Shown piece by piece: positions 16,173 to 25,480 of a DNA stretch of 37,394 bases. Made by a program: the position numbers and the translations under genes. The notes below the pieces were generated by a model. The model saw nothing but the letters and a program-made list of their open reading frames with translations. It was not told the origin of the DNA and did not search any database. Origin of the DNA: a virus (lineage: Duplodnaviria > Caudoviricetes); IMG/VR virus record IMGVR_UViG_3300038314_000668, positions 1-37,394 of that record. One strand, given 5' to 3'. Position 1 is the first letter of the stretch, and each line of letters opens with the position of its first letter.

Positions 16173-16754
16173 ATGGCAGAGGCAAGAAAAAGAACAGGCG
16201 AGCTTGGAGCACTAAATAATATTGGTGCAAATAACTCACAAATAGACGACGAACGTCTCACAAGGCAGTCACACCCTGAACAATCTATTGTTCCTTTTAT
16301 AGAACAGGCAAAAATCAGCTCTTATGATCCATCGAAAAAAGATGAGATTGCTTATCGGCTCGCTGAAATTGTAGGCTCCGGGGATCGTTCATCTGTTCAA
16401 AGGGCGAGAAAAATTCTCGATTCTGCAGAACATATCTACGACTGGGGGACACTTCCCCTTTACTTTACACAGGCAGCACCTTTTGCTGCTGCCTTTGATA
16501 TAGCCAGAGGTGTTGCTAATAAAGAGCCTTGGGATGTGCTTCTTGGCACTTGGGGAATAAGCAGACCACTTAAATCAATGCCAGAGCTACTTCCCCCTGG
16601 AATGGAGAAGAAACTCGGTCAGGTATTTGGTTCTGGTGCTATTACGCAAGGCTTATTAGATTTCTTTGCAAGTTTAAAGGGCAAATCAGAAACAAAAAAG
16701 CGAAGAGTTACGCCATTGCAAAGGCTTCAGAATATAGATTTATCTGCCTTATGA
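16173..16754 (+). CDS. Hypothetical protein inserted after MCP, with N-terminal LGALNNI
   Basis: 193-codon ORF starting right after the terminator; GAL-like motif near the N-terminus; hydrophobic Ala/Gly helices. Confidence 0.7.
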   Translation: MAEARKRTGELGALNNIGANNSQIDDERLTRQSHPEQSIVPFIEQAKISSYDPSKKDEIAYRLAEIVGSGDRSSVQRARKILDSAEHIYDWGTLPLYFTQAAPFAAAFDIARGVANKEPWDVLLGTWGISRPLKSMPELLPPGMEKKLGQVFGSGAITQGLLDFFASLKGKSETKKRRVTPLQRLQNIDLSAL

Positions 16755-16800
16755 AATTTATTTATACTTTCTGGACAAGGAGATATCAAGTAAGGTAAAT

Positions 16801-16881
16801 CACTGGGATGTAAAATTTCTTTAGAGACTGGCCCAGCAGACGCTATGAAGACTCTAAAGAGCAGTTCTCTCATAGGAGGAG
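16801..16881 (+). ncRNA. Structured RNA element, candidate Mu-gpT-DE (Mu-like gpT downstream element) motif
   Basis: Interleaved pairings CTGGG/CCCAG (16803-07/16832-36), TCTTTAGAG/CTCTAAAGA (16818-26/16852-60), CTATGA/TCATAG (16843-48/16870-75); downstream of a gpT-like MCP; family assignment by context only. Confidence 0.6.
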
Positions 16882-16884
16882 ATT

Positions 16885-17652
16885 ATGGGTACGACAAGAT
16901 TTTCTGGTCCTGTTTTATATAGTGGGAATGGAGCCTCAAATGGCTGGTTCCAAAATCTTCCAATTGGAAATAATCCTGATTATTGCACTTTGATGGATGA
17001 TTTCACTGGTGTTGATATTGACGACACCGACGATTGGACTAAGGCAGTTCTTAACAGTGGTACGTTGACGTTGCTTGCCGATCATGTTGGTGGCTGGGCA
17101 AAGTCTGCGGGCGATGGCTCTACGGACAACTCCGGTGGCTCTATCCAAGGTAATGAAATCTTTATGGCTGAAGCCAGCAAGAATATTTATTTTGAAACTG
17201 TTGTTGCGGTAGCTGATGCTGACGATATGGATATGTTTGTTGGTCTTGCTGAAAACGGCACTTTTGCTACTGGCGTTCCATTCACCGCAAACAATCAAAT
17301 TGGCTTCCTTTTGGTTGAAGGTGCGGCGGATATTTATTTCAATTGTGACAGTGGTGGCACAGAAACCAAAACCGATACTGGGATAGATTTTGCAGATGGT
17401 GCGGAATCAAGTTCAAATATCACCAACACTCGGACACTTGGTTTTATTGTCAAGGGCACAGGTCAAGTTGAAGCATATGTTGATCGCCAGAAAGTTACGA
17501 CAACAACTGCAAATATTCCAACTTCGGCATTGACTCCTTGGTTCTGCGCGATGTCTGGAACAACTACAGCGGACGCAGCTTGGTGCGACTATATTTTTGT
17601 TGCCGCCCAGCGAAAGACCTCTGGCATGACTCAATTTGGTTCTCCTGTTTGA
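16885..17652 (+). CDS. Putative virion structural protein (head fibre/decoration-like)
   Basis: AGGAGGAG RBS; MGTTRFSGPV N-terminus, DDF motif, beta-rich. Confidence 0.7.
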   Translation: MGTTRFSGPVLYSGNGASNGWFQNLPIGNNPDYCTLMDDFTGVDIDDTDDWTKAVLNSGTLTLLADHVGGWAKSAGDGSTDNSGGSIQGNEIFMAEASKNIYFETVVAVADADDMDMFVGLAENGTFATGVPFTANNQIGFLLVEGAADIYFNCDSGGTETKTDTGIDFADGAESSSNITNTRTLGFIVKGTGQVEAYVDRQKVTTTTANIPTSALTPWFCAMSGTTTADAAWCDYIFVAAQRKTSGMTQFGSPV

Positions 17653-17657
17653 GGTGA

Positions 17658-17801
17658 ATGATGGCAACTAAACCAAAAAGAAGGGCAGGAGCCAAAAAGG
17701 CTCCTGCTAAAGTCAGGCAAAAGAAAATTCCTATTCCTGGAAGTGCCATTTACAAATCTATGGTTCTGTCTGGCCAGATAAAGCCTAAGAAGGAGAAGTA
17801 A
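17658..17801 (+). CDS. Basic microprotein (47 aa)
   Basis: MMATKPKRRAGAKKAPAKVRQKKIPIPGSAIYKSMVLSGQIKPKKEK; GAGGTG RBS. Confidence 0.7.
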   Translation: MMATKPKRRAGAKKAPAKVRQKKIPIPGSAIYKSMVLSGQIKPKKEK

Positions 17802-17804
17802 ATT

Positions 17805-18218
17805 ATGGCTGATATCACTACTTCGACCAAAATTAGTGAAAGTGATCGGCAGGTAGTTTACGCATTCCAGTATCAATATATCGATGGTGGAAATGAATCG
17901 GCTGTTTCTAAAGTTGATGTTTCTGCTTTGGCCAAAAATTCAGATGGCTCAAGTTGTGCTGCTGTGCGAATTGTCGAGGCTTGGTGGACAATATATGGCA
18001 TGACTGTTGAAGTTCTTGCAGATGCAGATACCGATGTTATCATGTTGCATCTTGATGAAAATCAATCAGGATACCAAGACTATACCGTTTTTGGTGGCCT
18101 TCCTAAAACAACAACCTATGGAAGCAGCCCAACTGGTGATATAAAATTCACAACCACTGGTGCTGGCGCGACAACAGATGCATACCAAATAGTTTTGAGG
18201 ATGATCAAAGAGTATTGA
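17805..18218 (+). CDS. Putative virion structural protein (137 aa)
   Basis: AAGGAG RBS; VDVSAL, FGGL, TGDIKFTT motifs; structural gene context. Confidence 0.7.
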   Translation: MADITTSTKISESDRQVVYAFQYQYIDGGNESAVSKVDVSALAKNSDGSSCAAVRIVEAWWTIYGMTVEVLADADTDVIMLHLDENQSGYQDYTVFGGLPKTTTYGSSPTGDIKFTTTGAGATTDAYQIVLRMIKEY

Positions 18219-18221
18219 TAA

Positions 18222-18902
18222 ATGGCAACTTCAGGCACTGTAGCTTATAGGCCAAATATTGAAGAGCTTATTGATGAGGCTTTTGAGCGTTGTGGCATTG
18301 ATCCGCAAACGCGAACAGGTGGCCATGCAACAAGTGCCAGAAGAAGTCTAAATCTCTTATTTTCTGAATGGTCAAATCGTGGCTGGAATTATTGGACTTT
18401 GTCTTATAAAACAGTGACTCTTGTTGCTGATCAAGCAACGTATACTCTTGATGCTGGCCTTGTTGATATTATTGATGTTGTTTATCGTAAGGTTTCCGGT
18501 TCAACATCAACAGATCAACCAATGATTAGAGTTTCAATTTCTGAATATAACCAAGTTCCAAATAAGACAGACAATGGCGTTTCATCACAGTATATGATTG
18601 ATCGCCAATACACTCCGACAATGACTGTTTGGCAAGTTCCTGATAATGCAACAGACTCAATTCGCTATTACGGAATATTTCAGCCTGATGATATCACTGC
18701 TTCTAATCAAGATGCTGATATTCCATATCGTTGGACAGATGCTTTGTGTTCTGGCCTTGCAGCAAAGTTATCTGTTAAATTTGCACCAGAGAGATCCCCT
18801 GATTTGATGGCACTTTATGAAAGATCTTTTCAGTTTGCATCCGATGAAGAGGGTCCGAATGTTCGGCTTCGAGTTAAACCAACAGGATTGAATATTTACT
18901 GA
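18222..18902 (+). CDS. Putative head-tail adaptor/neck protein
   Basis: MATSGT..EAFERCG..ARRSLNLLFSEWSNRG..WQVPD..GLAAKL; position after head genes. Confidence 0.65.
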   Translation: MATSGTVAYRPNIEELIDEAFERCGIDPQTRTGGHATSARRSLNLLFSEWSNRGWNYWTLSYKTVTLVADQATYTLDAGLVDIIDVVYRKVSGSTSTDQPMIRVSISEYNQVPNKTDNGVSSQYMIDRQYTPTMTVWQVPDNATDSIRYYGIFQPDDITASNQDADIPYRWTDALCSGLAAKLSVKFAPERSPDLMALYERSFQFASDEEGPNVRLRVKPTGLNIY

Positions 18903-19552
18903 TGCCTGTGTATGCAAAAGGAAGAAAATCTGTTGCGATAAGTGATCGCAGTGGCTTTCGCGTTCCTTACAAAAATTTGCGTACAGAGTGGAATGGATCT
19001 CGGGTTGCCCCGGATGAATATGAAGAAAAGCATCCCCAGTTAACACCTCCTAAGAATGTAATAGATGCAACAACTCTTTTCAAGCCAAGGCCAGATAATG
19101 ATCCTGAAAATATTTCCATTTTTATCGGCTATAACTGGTTTAACACAAATGAAACAACCTTAGATTCAACCAAGTATGAAAAGCCTAATGATTTATCATC
19201 AAGAGGAACTGTTGGTTTTGTAGAAGTTGAAACTCCTGTAGAAGTTGATGTTTCCTCTGTCCACAATCAGGCTTCTGTTGGGACTCCGGTAATTGAGGCT
19301 TCAATTACTGAGACAGGAGTATCGGGAACAGGAGCTGTAGGAACTGAAACATTTGAAGTAACGCTCACTGAGACAGGAGTAGCGGGAACGGGTGCACTTG
19401 GGGCATTTGGTGAAAGCGATGGTGCCAATTTAACTCTTAGCATCACTGAAACAGGAGTAGCGGGAACGGGTGCTACAGGAACTGAAAGTGTTGATGTTGA
19501 TAATCCGTACTGGGGACATGGTACTTGGGGAAATGGCTCTTGGGGACAATAA
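18902..19552 (+). CDS. Structural protein with TETGVxGTGA repeats and WG-rich C-terminus
   Basis: ISDRSGFR..EWNG..KHPQL N-domain; three repeats; ends YWGHGTWGNGSWGQ. Confidence 0.7.
   Translation: MPVYAKGRKSVAISDRSGFRVPYKNLRTEWNGSRVAPDEYEEKHPQLTPPKNVIDATTLFKPRPDNDPENISIFIGYNWFNTNETTLDSTKYEKPNDLSSRGTVGFVEVETPVEVDVSSVHNQASVGTPVIEASITETGVSGTGAVGTETFEVTLTETGVAGTGALGAFGESDGANLTLSITETGVAGTGATGTESVDVDNPYWGHGTWGNGSWGQ
19307..19474 (+). repeat. Three imperfect ~30-bp direct repeats
   Basis: ACTGARACAGGAGTAKCGGGAACRGGWGC at 19307, 19367 and 19445. Confidence 0.85.
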
Positions 19553-20176
19553 ATGAATTACAGTGCACTTGTAACGCAAATTAAAAATTTCTTGGAGGAT
19601 GATTCAACAGAGTTTTCTAACTCTATTGATGCAATCATAGACCAAGCTGAAGCTATTATATTTCAAAGGTTGCCAAATTTACCAGCCTTTCGAAGTAGTG
19701 CAACTGGTAGTCTTGTTGTTGGGACTTCCTCTTATACAATTGCGAGTGCAAGAATAATAAGAAATGTTGCAATTACAGTTTCAAGCAATGTTGTCAATCT
19801 CAATCATCGAGTTGACTCCTATTTAAAGGATTATTGGCCAAATGCAAGTACAACCGCGCAACCAATAATGTATAGCACAGACTCAGCATCAACTTCCGGG
19901 ACGGCTATAACTTTGGCTCCAACGCCAGACTCCACTTATTCTTATGAAGTTGAGTATGCAGCCCCAGCAACAGGATTGTCTTCTTCGACAACTACAACTT
20001 GGCTTGGGGACAATGCTGAAAATGTTCTTCTTAGTGCTTGTCTCTATGAAGCTAGTTCTTTTCTTAAAGCACCAGAAACGGTAACTTTATACAAATCGCA
20101 GTTTGATGAGGCAGTTCAGCTAATGCAACAGGAAATGCTGCGTGATTATGCGTCTGAATACAATGGAGGTATATAA
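19553..20176 (+). CDS. Putative head-tail connector/adaptor protein
   Basis: MNYSAL..IDQAE..LAPTPD..TTTWL..LLSACLYEA..FLK pattern. Confidence 0.65.
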   Translation: MNYSALVTQIKNFLEDDSTEFSNSIDAIIDQAEAIIFQRLPNLPAFRSSATGSLVVGTSSYTIASARIIRNVAITVSSNVVNLNHRVDSYLKDYWPNASTTAQPIMYSTDSASTSGTAITLAPTPDSTYSYEVEYAAPATGLSSSTTTTWLGDNAENVLLSACLYEASSFLKAPETVTLYKSQFDEAVQLMQQEMLRDYASEYNGGI

Positions 20177-20592
20177 TGGCTATAAGTCAAGCAATGTGCA
20201 CATCTTTTAAGGCTGAAATCCTAGATGAGCAGCACGATCTTGCAGCAGATACAATTAAAATTGCTCTTTATACAAGCAGCGCAAGTCTTGGGGCTGGCAC
20301 CACTGCTTATTCAACAAGCAATGAAATTTCAGGAACAGGTTATACAGCAGGAGGAGCAACTCTTTCTAGCAAAACTGTTTCTACAACAGGAACAACAGCA
20401 TATTTTGATGCTGCTGATCCAGAATGGACTTCTGCGAGTTTCACTGCCAATGGTGCTTTGATTTATAATGATACAAATAGCGACAAAGCAATTGCGGTTC
20501 TAGCATTTGGTGGTGATTTTACTGTTTCCGCTGGAACATTTAAAATAGTTTTCCCGGCAGCAGGGGCAAATGCGATTATAAGGATCGACTGA
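20176..20592 (+). CDS. Putative tail structural protein (138 aa)
   Basis: GGAGGT RBS; MCTSFK, KIALYT, NEISGTGYTAGG, GALIYN, AIIRI. Confidence 0.7.
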   Translation: MAISQAMCTSFKAEILDEQHDLAADTIKIALYTSSASLGAGTTAYSTSNEISGTGYTAGGATLSSKTVSTTGTTAYFDAADPEWTSASFTANGALIYNDTNSDKAIAVLAFGGDFTVSAGTFKIVFPAAGANAIIRID

Positions 20593-20593
20593 T

Positions 20594-21976
20594 ATGGCTA
20601 GCTCATATACAACAAACTTTTCCATCGAAAAGATGGGGACTGGTGACCAGTCAGGAACTTGGGGAACTACAACAAATCACAATTTCGATATTATTGATCG
20701 AATTGGTTCTTATAAGGCTGTGGCGATAACAACAAATGCAGATACGCACACCTTAACTGTCCGGGAGGCATCCCCAGGATCGGGAACGGAAAATCTGCAA
20801 GATGGAATGTATCGTGTAATTAAATTCACTGGAGCATTAGACTCAGATTGCACAGTTACAATAGCTCCAAATTCAGCAGCAGCATTTTTCGTTTTTATCA
20901 ATGCAACCACTGACTCTGGTTCAAGTGGTCCATATTCATTAATATTTACACAAGGATCTGGTGCAAATGTAACAATAGTCAATGGCAAATCAGCTGTTGT
21001 TTATGCTGATGGTGCTGGCTCTGGTGCTGCTGTTGTTAATGCTCTTGACAAGCCTCTTTTTGGAACTATTTCGGCAACTTCGGATACTGCTGCTGGTGAT
21101 GATGCTGCTATAGGTTATACCTCAGCAGAGGGGCTTATTCTTACAGGCCAAGGCAGCACGAATGATGTAACCATAAAAAACGACGCTGATGCTGATGTAA
21201 TAACAATCGCAACAGGCGGCACGAACGTCGATATTGTCGGAGACGTGACTGCGTCTACGGTGAATGCTGATGGTGATACATCCGCCAGTGATAATGCAGC
21301 GATGGGTTACACTTCTGCTGAAGGTCTTATCCTCACAGGTCAAGGCAGCACGAATGATGTAACAATCAAGAATGATGCTGACGCTGATGTAATTACGATA
21401 GCAACGGGAGGAACAAATGTTGACATTGTAGGTGACGTTACAGCAGCCACAGTTAATGCCGATGGCGACACCTCGGCCAGCGACAAAGCTGCAATGGGTT
21501 ATACCGCTGCTGAAGGTTTGATTCTCACAGGCCAGGGATCAACCAATGATGTCACGATTAAAAATGATGCTGACGCTGATGTAATTGAAATTCCGACAGG
21601 TGGCACGGATGTTACGGTTGCTGGCAAACTTACTGCTGGAAAAATCTTGTTGGGAAATACGGATACGGATACTTCCAATACGGGTTCTGTTACTCTGGAT
21701 TTCAGTGCCAATCAAAACTTTGTTTTGACTTTTACCGGCAACGTGACTTTGGCAAATCCAAGCACGGAGAGTGTCGGCCAAGCTGGCATTATTGTTTGTA
21801 TTCAGGATGGCACAGGTTCAAGAACATTAAGTCTTGGATCTCAGTATAAGACTGTCGGAGATGCCGGAATAACTCTTAGCACAGCGGCAAATGCCGTTGA
21901 CATTGTGCCTTATTTTGTATCAGCGGCTGATTCAATCCTTATTGGAGCAGTTCAATTGGCACTTTCAGGAGCTTAG
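20594..21976 (+). CDS. Tail fibre protein with three 64-aa repeats
   Basis: GTWGTTTN N-terminal anchor, T/G/A/D-rich repeats, C-terminal GNVTLANP..QDGTGSRTL..LSTAANAVD. Confidence 0.8.
   Translation: MASSYTTNFSIEKMGTGDQSGTWGTTTNHNFDIIDRIGSYKAVAITTNADTHTLTVREASPGSGTENLQDGMYRVIKFTGALDSDCTVTIAPNSAAAFFVFINATTDSGSSGPYSLIFTQGSGANVTIVNGKSAVVYADGAGSGAAVVNALDKPLFGTISATSDTAAGDDAAIGYTSAEGLILTGQGSTNDVTIKNDADADVITIATGGTNVDIVGDVTASTVNADGDTSASDNAAMGYTSAEGLILTGQGSTNDVTIKNDADADVITIATGGTNVDIVGDVTAATVNADGDTSASDKAAMGYTAAEGLILTGQGSTNDVTIKNDADADVIEIPTGGTDVTVAGKLTAGKILLGNTDTDTSNTGSVTLDFSANQNFVLTFTGNVTLANPSTESVGQAGIIVCIQDGTGSRTLSLGSQYKTVGDAGITLSTAANAVDIVPYFVSAADSILIGAVQLALSGA
21080..21635 (+). repeat. Three tandem 192-bp (64-aa) repeats
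   Basis: AEGLILTGQGSTNDVTIKNDADADVI occurs three times at a 192-nt period. Confidence 0.92.
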
Positions 21977-21982
21977 TAGACG

Positions 21983-24358
21983 ATGCCTGTTAGCTCGCAA
22001 TGGTTTGCCAATCCCGGTGTTGCTTACGAGATCGACCAATCTTGTCGATTCAACGACAATGATTCTCCATATCTTTACAGAACCCCAGGATCAGCAGGTA
22101 ATCAAAAGACCAATACGATTAGTTGTTGGGTTAAACGAACTAATCTTGGACTAGGAAACAGCATTGCGATGTTTTCTGCGGCGGCAGGAAGCTACGGTTT
22201 AACATGGTACATTGATAGCTCAGAGACTGATCTTAGTCGTGAACGATTAAGTCTATCAGATGGATCTCAAAATCTTTGGCTAGCAGATGATTATAAACTG
22301 CGTGACCCAGCGAGTTGGTATCATTTTGTTTTTGCAATGGATACAACGCAAGGTACTCAATCCAATAGGATGAAGGTATATATTAACGGCGAATTGATTA
22401 CAGCAGATACGAATGCTTTGAGTGAAAATACAGACTATGCCTTCTTTGATAATGTCGTAAATCGCATTGGAAGCTGGACACCCAGCGGTGGTGCGGCAGG
22501 GCGTTACATGGAAGGCTACATGGCTGAAGTTCATTTCATTGATGGGGCGCAAAAAGCAGCCAGTGATTTTGGTAAAACTGATTCTGCAACAGGCCAATGG
22601 ATACCTATTGAATATGCAGGAAGTTATGGTACGCAGGGTGCTTACTTAGATTTTGCAGCATCTGGCGATTTGGGAAATGATGTCTCCGGAAATAACAATG
22701 ATTGGAGTACGAGTGGATTAGCATCAGCAGATAAGGTAACGGACACTCCAACGACTAACTACTGTACCATTAATCCATTAAGTTACGACAGTTCGCAGAT
22801 AACGCTCCAGGACGGAAATCTAAGGGCGTCGTGGAATACCCCAAATGGGGATGGTGGCACTGCCGCTAATTGCACTTTCAATATTACAGATTTCAAATGT
22901 TATTGGGAATTTCAGGCATCTGGTAGCTCAGTTAATTATGGCCTTGGCATAGCAAATACGCCAAACCAGTGGAGAAAAGCTCATCTTGATTCGACCACAC
23001 CATTTGCACGAATGCGTTATGGAATTTCAGATGCTTCTACAGCAGACATGCAAGTTACCTCTGGTGACGGTTCTGTAACTAGTACAGGTGTTAACGCAGT
23101 AACAGGTTCTGAAGTTGGTATGATGGCTTTTGATCCTGATTCTGGAAAGTTCTGGGTTGGTCAGGATGGCACTTGGTTTAATTCTGGTGATCCTACAGAT
23201 GGGTCAAACCCACAAGGAACATGGACTTATTCTGGTGATACTTTTGTAAACCTGTCAGATTATAGTAGTGCTGAAGCTGGTGATGTTACTTTGAATTTTG
23301 GTCAAACTGGTTTCGCACACACGCCACCAACAGGATATAAGGCATTGAACAGTAGTAATATGACAAACCCAACAACTGCTGATCCAAGTGCATATTTTCA
23401 GACTACGTTGTACACAGGTAATGGTTCAACTCAATCTATTGACCAAGGTGAAAACAAATCGTTCGAACCTGATCTTGTCTGGATAAAGAATCGTGATGCT
23501 GCTGATTCACACATCTTAACTGATGCCGTTCGTGGTGCAACCAAAGTAATTAATAGTGATGCATCTGCTGCTGAAGTCACAGATGCAGATACTCTCACAG
23601 CTTTTGAGTCTAATGGTTTTGCTCTTGGAGATGATGATAAGGTCAACACAAACACAGAAAAGTATGTGGCTTGGCAATGGTTAGAAGGCACAACGCCTGG
23701 ATTTGATATCGTAAGTTTCACAGGTAATGCTACTGCCCGAACAATCTCACATTCCTTGGGCGTAGCTCCAGAAATGATATTTGTTAAAAATCTTGCCGAT
23801 ACTGATAGTTGGGCAGTGTATCATGCTTCTAATACTTCTGCCCCTGCGACGGATTATCTAAGGCTCGATACAGCCGATGTGACTGCCGATGATGCAACAG
23901 TATGGAACGATACTGCACCTACAAGTTCAGTATTTAGCGTTGGAACCTCCAGCTTAACGAATGGTAACACTGAGGCGATGATCGCTTATTTGTGGGCTAG
24001 CGTTGCAGGCTTTAGCAAAATTGGAAAGTATGTGGGAACTGGTACGATCACAAATCATGCGGGTGCTTATGTTTATACTGGATTTAGACCAGCTTTTTTC
24101 TTGTTGAAGAACACAACTTCAGGTGAGTCTTGGTATATATTTGATGATCAGCGACTTGGGTATAACGCAAACAGGACATATCTTATCCCTGACACAAATG
24201 CGGTAGAAACAACCGCTTCTGTTGATGCAAGAGATAATGATTTCCTTTCTAATGGGGTAAAAATACGAACCACTAACGGTGCAATGAATTCAGATGGCGT
24301 AGTTTATGTATATGCGGCGTTTGCCCATGCTCCATTCAAAACTGCCAATGCGAGGTAA
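21983..24358 (+). CDS. Tail fibre/receptor-binding protein with LamG/ConA-like and SPRY-like domains
   Basis: TISCWVKR, RDPASWYHFV, GYMAEVHFIDG, DTPTTNYCT, LNFGQ..PPTGYKAL, PDLVWIKNR, YTGFRPAF. Confidence 0.8.
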   Translation: MPVSSQWFANPGVAYEIDQSCRFNDNDSPYLYRTPGSAGNQKTNTISCWVKRTNLGLGNSIAMFSAAAGSYGLTWYIDSSETDLSRERLSLSDGSQNLWLADDYKLRDPASWYHFVFAMDTTQGTQSNRMKVYINGELITADTNALSENTDYAFFDNVVNRIGSWTPSGGAAGRYMEGYMAEVHFIDGAQKAASDFGKTDSATGQWIPIEYAGSYGTQGAYLDFAASGDLGNDVSGNNNDWSTSGLASADKVTDTPTTNYCTINPLSYDSSQITLQDGNLRASWNTPNGDGGTAANCTFNITDFKCYWEFQASGSSVNYGLGIANTPNQWRKAHLDSTTPFARMRYGISDASTADMQVTSGDGSVTSTGVNAVTGSEVGMMAFDPDSGKFWVGQDGTWFNSGDPTDGSNPQGTWTYSGDTFVNLSDYSSAEAGDVTLNFGQTGFAHTPPTGYKALNSSNMTNPTTADPSAYFQTTLYTGNGSTQSIDQGENKSFEPDLVWIKNRDAADSHILTDAVRGATKVINSDASAAEVTDADTLTAFESNGFALGDDDKVNTNTEKYVAWQWLEGTTPGFDIVSFTGNATARTISHSLGVAPEMIFVKNLADTDSWAVYHASNTSAPATDYLRLDTADVTADDATVWNDTAPTSSVFSVGTSSLTNGNTEAMIAYLWASVAGFSKIGKYVGTGTITNHAGAYVYTGFRPAFFLLKNTTSGESWYIFDDQRLGYNANRTYLIPDTNAVETTASVDARDNDFLSNGVKIRTTNGAMNSDGVVYVYAAFAHAPFKTANAR

Positions 24359-24363
24359 ATTAA

Positions 24364-24885
24364 ATGTTTAAATATAGCGGCAGAACAATTCATCCCGGTC
24401 GATCTTGGACCGATGATAATGGTATAACGCATCCTTCCAATTGGCATATCTGGTCCAATAGTGAAAAAACTGCGGCGGGTGTGACCGAAATCGTAGAGGA
24501 AACACCACCAGATTCACGACTTTATATTTGGTCGCAAAATGCTGATGGCACCATTAATAAAACAGCCAAAAGCCTAACCGACAGTGGTTCCGGGGATACG
24601 CTTGTTTTAGGTGTCAAATCATCTTTAAAAAATACAGTCCAGTCTCAGCAGTATTCGTTATTGGCTGAGACAGATTGGGCGATTATTCGTAAAGCTGACA
24701 AGGGAACGGCTATTCCGAGCAACATCCAGACTTGGCGGGATGCCATTCGCACAAAAGCGACGGCGATGGAAAATGCGATTGACAATGCATCAAATACAGA
24801 TGCTGTTGCTGCTTTATTTGTAACATACGATGCGAGCGGAAATAAATCTGGCATTCTTTACGATTGGCCTGAGTTTGAAGATTGA
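24364..24885 (+). CDS. Tail fibre assembly-like protein
   Basis: Follows the fibre gene; LLAETDW..RK..WRDAIR..WP motif. Confidence 0.65.
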   Translation: MFKYSGRTIHPGRSWTDDNGITHPSNWHIWSNSEKTAAGVTEIVEETPPDSRLYIWSQNADGTINKTAKSLTDSGSGDTLVLGVKSSLKNTVQSQQYSLLAETDWAIIRKADKGTAIPSNIQTWRDAIRTKATAMENAIDNASNTDAVAALFVTYDASGNKSGILYDWPEFED

Positions 24886-24888
24886 TAA

Positions 24889-25053
24889 ATGGTAACAACG
24901 AAAGACGTCGAAGCGCACTTAAATACGCATGAAGCAGTTTGTGCTGAGAGATGGAAAGAGACAATAGAACGCATAAAAAGACTCGAACTGATATTAATAA
25001 GCTCCGCTGGGGCAGTTATTCTTTTGATGGCTGGAATGCTTTGGAAAATATAA
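24889..25053 (+). CDS. Small coiled-coil plus one-TM protein, holin/XhlA-like (54 aa; not in ORF track)
   Basis: MVTTKDVEAHLNTHEAVCAERWKETIERIKRLELILISSAGAVILLMAGMLWKI, directly before the lysozyme. Confidence 0.7.
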   Translation: MVTTKDVEAHLNTHEAVCAERWKETIERIKRLELILISSAGAVILLMAGMLWKI

Positions 25054-25054
25054 A

Positions 25055-25480
25055 ATGAATGTAGATCGACTTATATCACAACTTAAAGTTCACGAGGGGA
25101 CTCGCTCTAAAGTCTATTTAGACACCGAAGGAATTGAAACCATCGGTGTTGGAAGGAATCTTAGAGACAGAGGATTGTCTGACGACGAGATAGAATTTCT
25201 GCTGGCTAATGATATTCGTGATTTCCAGGAAGAAGTTGATCGAACATTTGGCTGGTGGTCTGATTTGGATGATGTAAGGCAAAGAGTAATTGTTGATATG
25301 GCCTTTAATATGGGCCTCGGTTCTCTTAGCAAATTTAAAAATACTTTGGGACACATAGAGGCTGGCAGATATGAAGAGGCTTCTGTTGAAATGTTGGATT
25401 CAAAGTGGGCACGCCAAGTAGGAAATCGGGCGCAGTGCCTCAGCAACATGATGAAAACAGGAGAAGACAATGACCACTAA
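25055..25480 (+). CDS. Endolysin, T4-type lysozyme (GH24)
   Basis: E-x8-D-x5-T triad (HEGTRSKVYLDTEGIETIG), DMAFNMG, SKWARQVGNRA. Confidence 0.92.
   Translation: MNVDRLISQLKVHEGTRSKVYLDTEGIETIGVGRNLRDRGLSDDEIEFLLANDIRDFQEEVDRTFGWWSDLDDVRQRVIVDMAFNMGLGSLSKFKNTLGHIEAGRYEEASVEMLDSKWARQVGNRAQCLSNMMKTGEDNDH

Noticed and set aside
16768-16800. Promoter upstream of the structured RNA (TGGACA or TTTCTG with TAAGGT/GTAAAT)
   Set aside because: No single -35/-10 pairing is convincing; possible but unsupported
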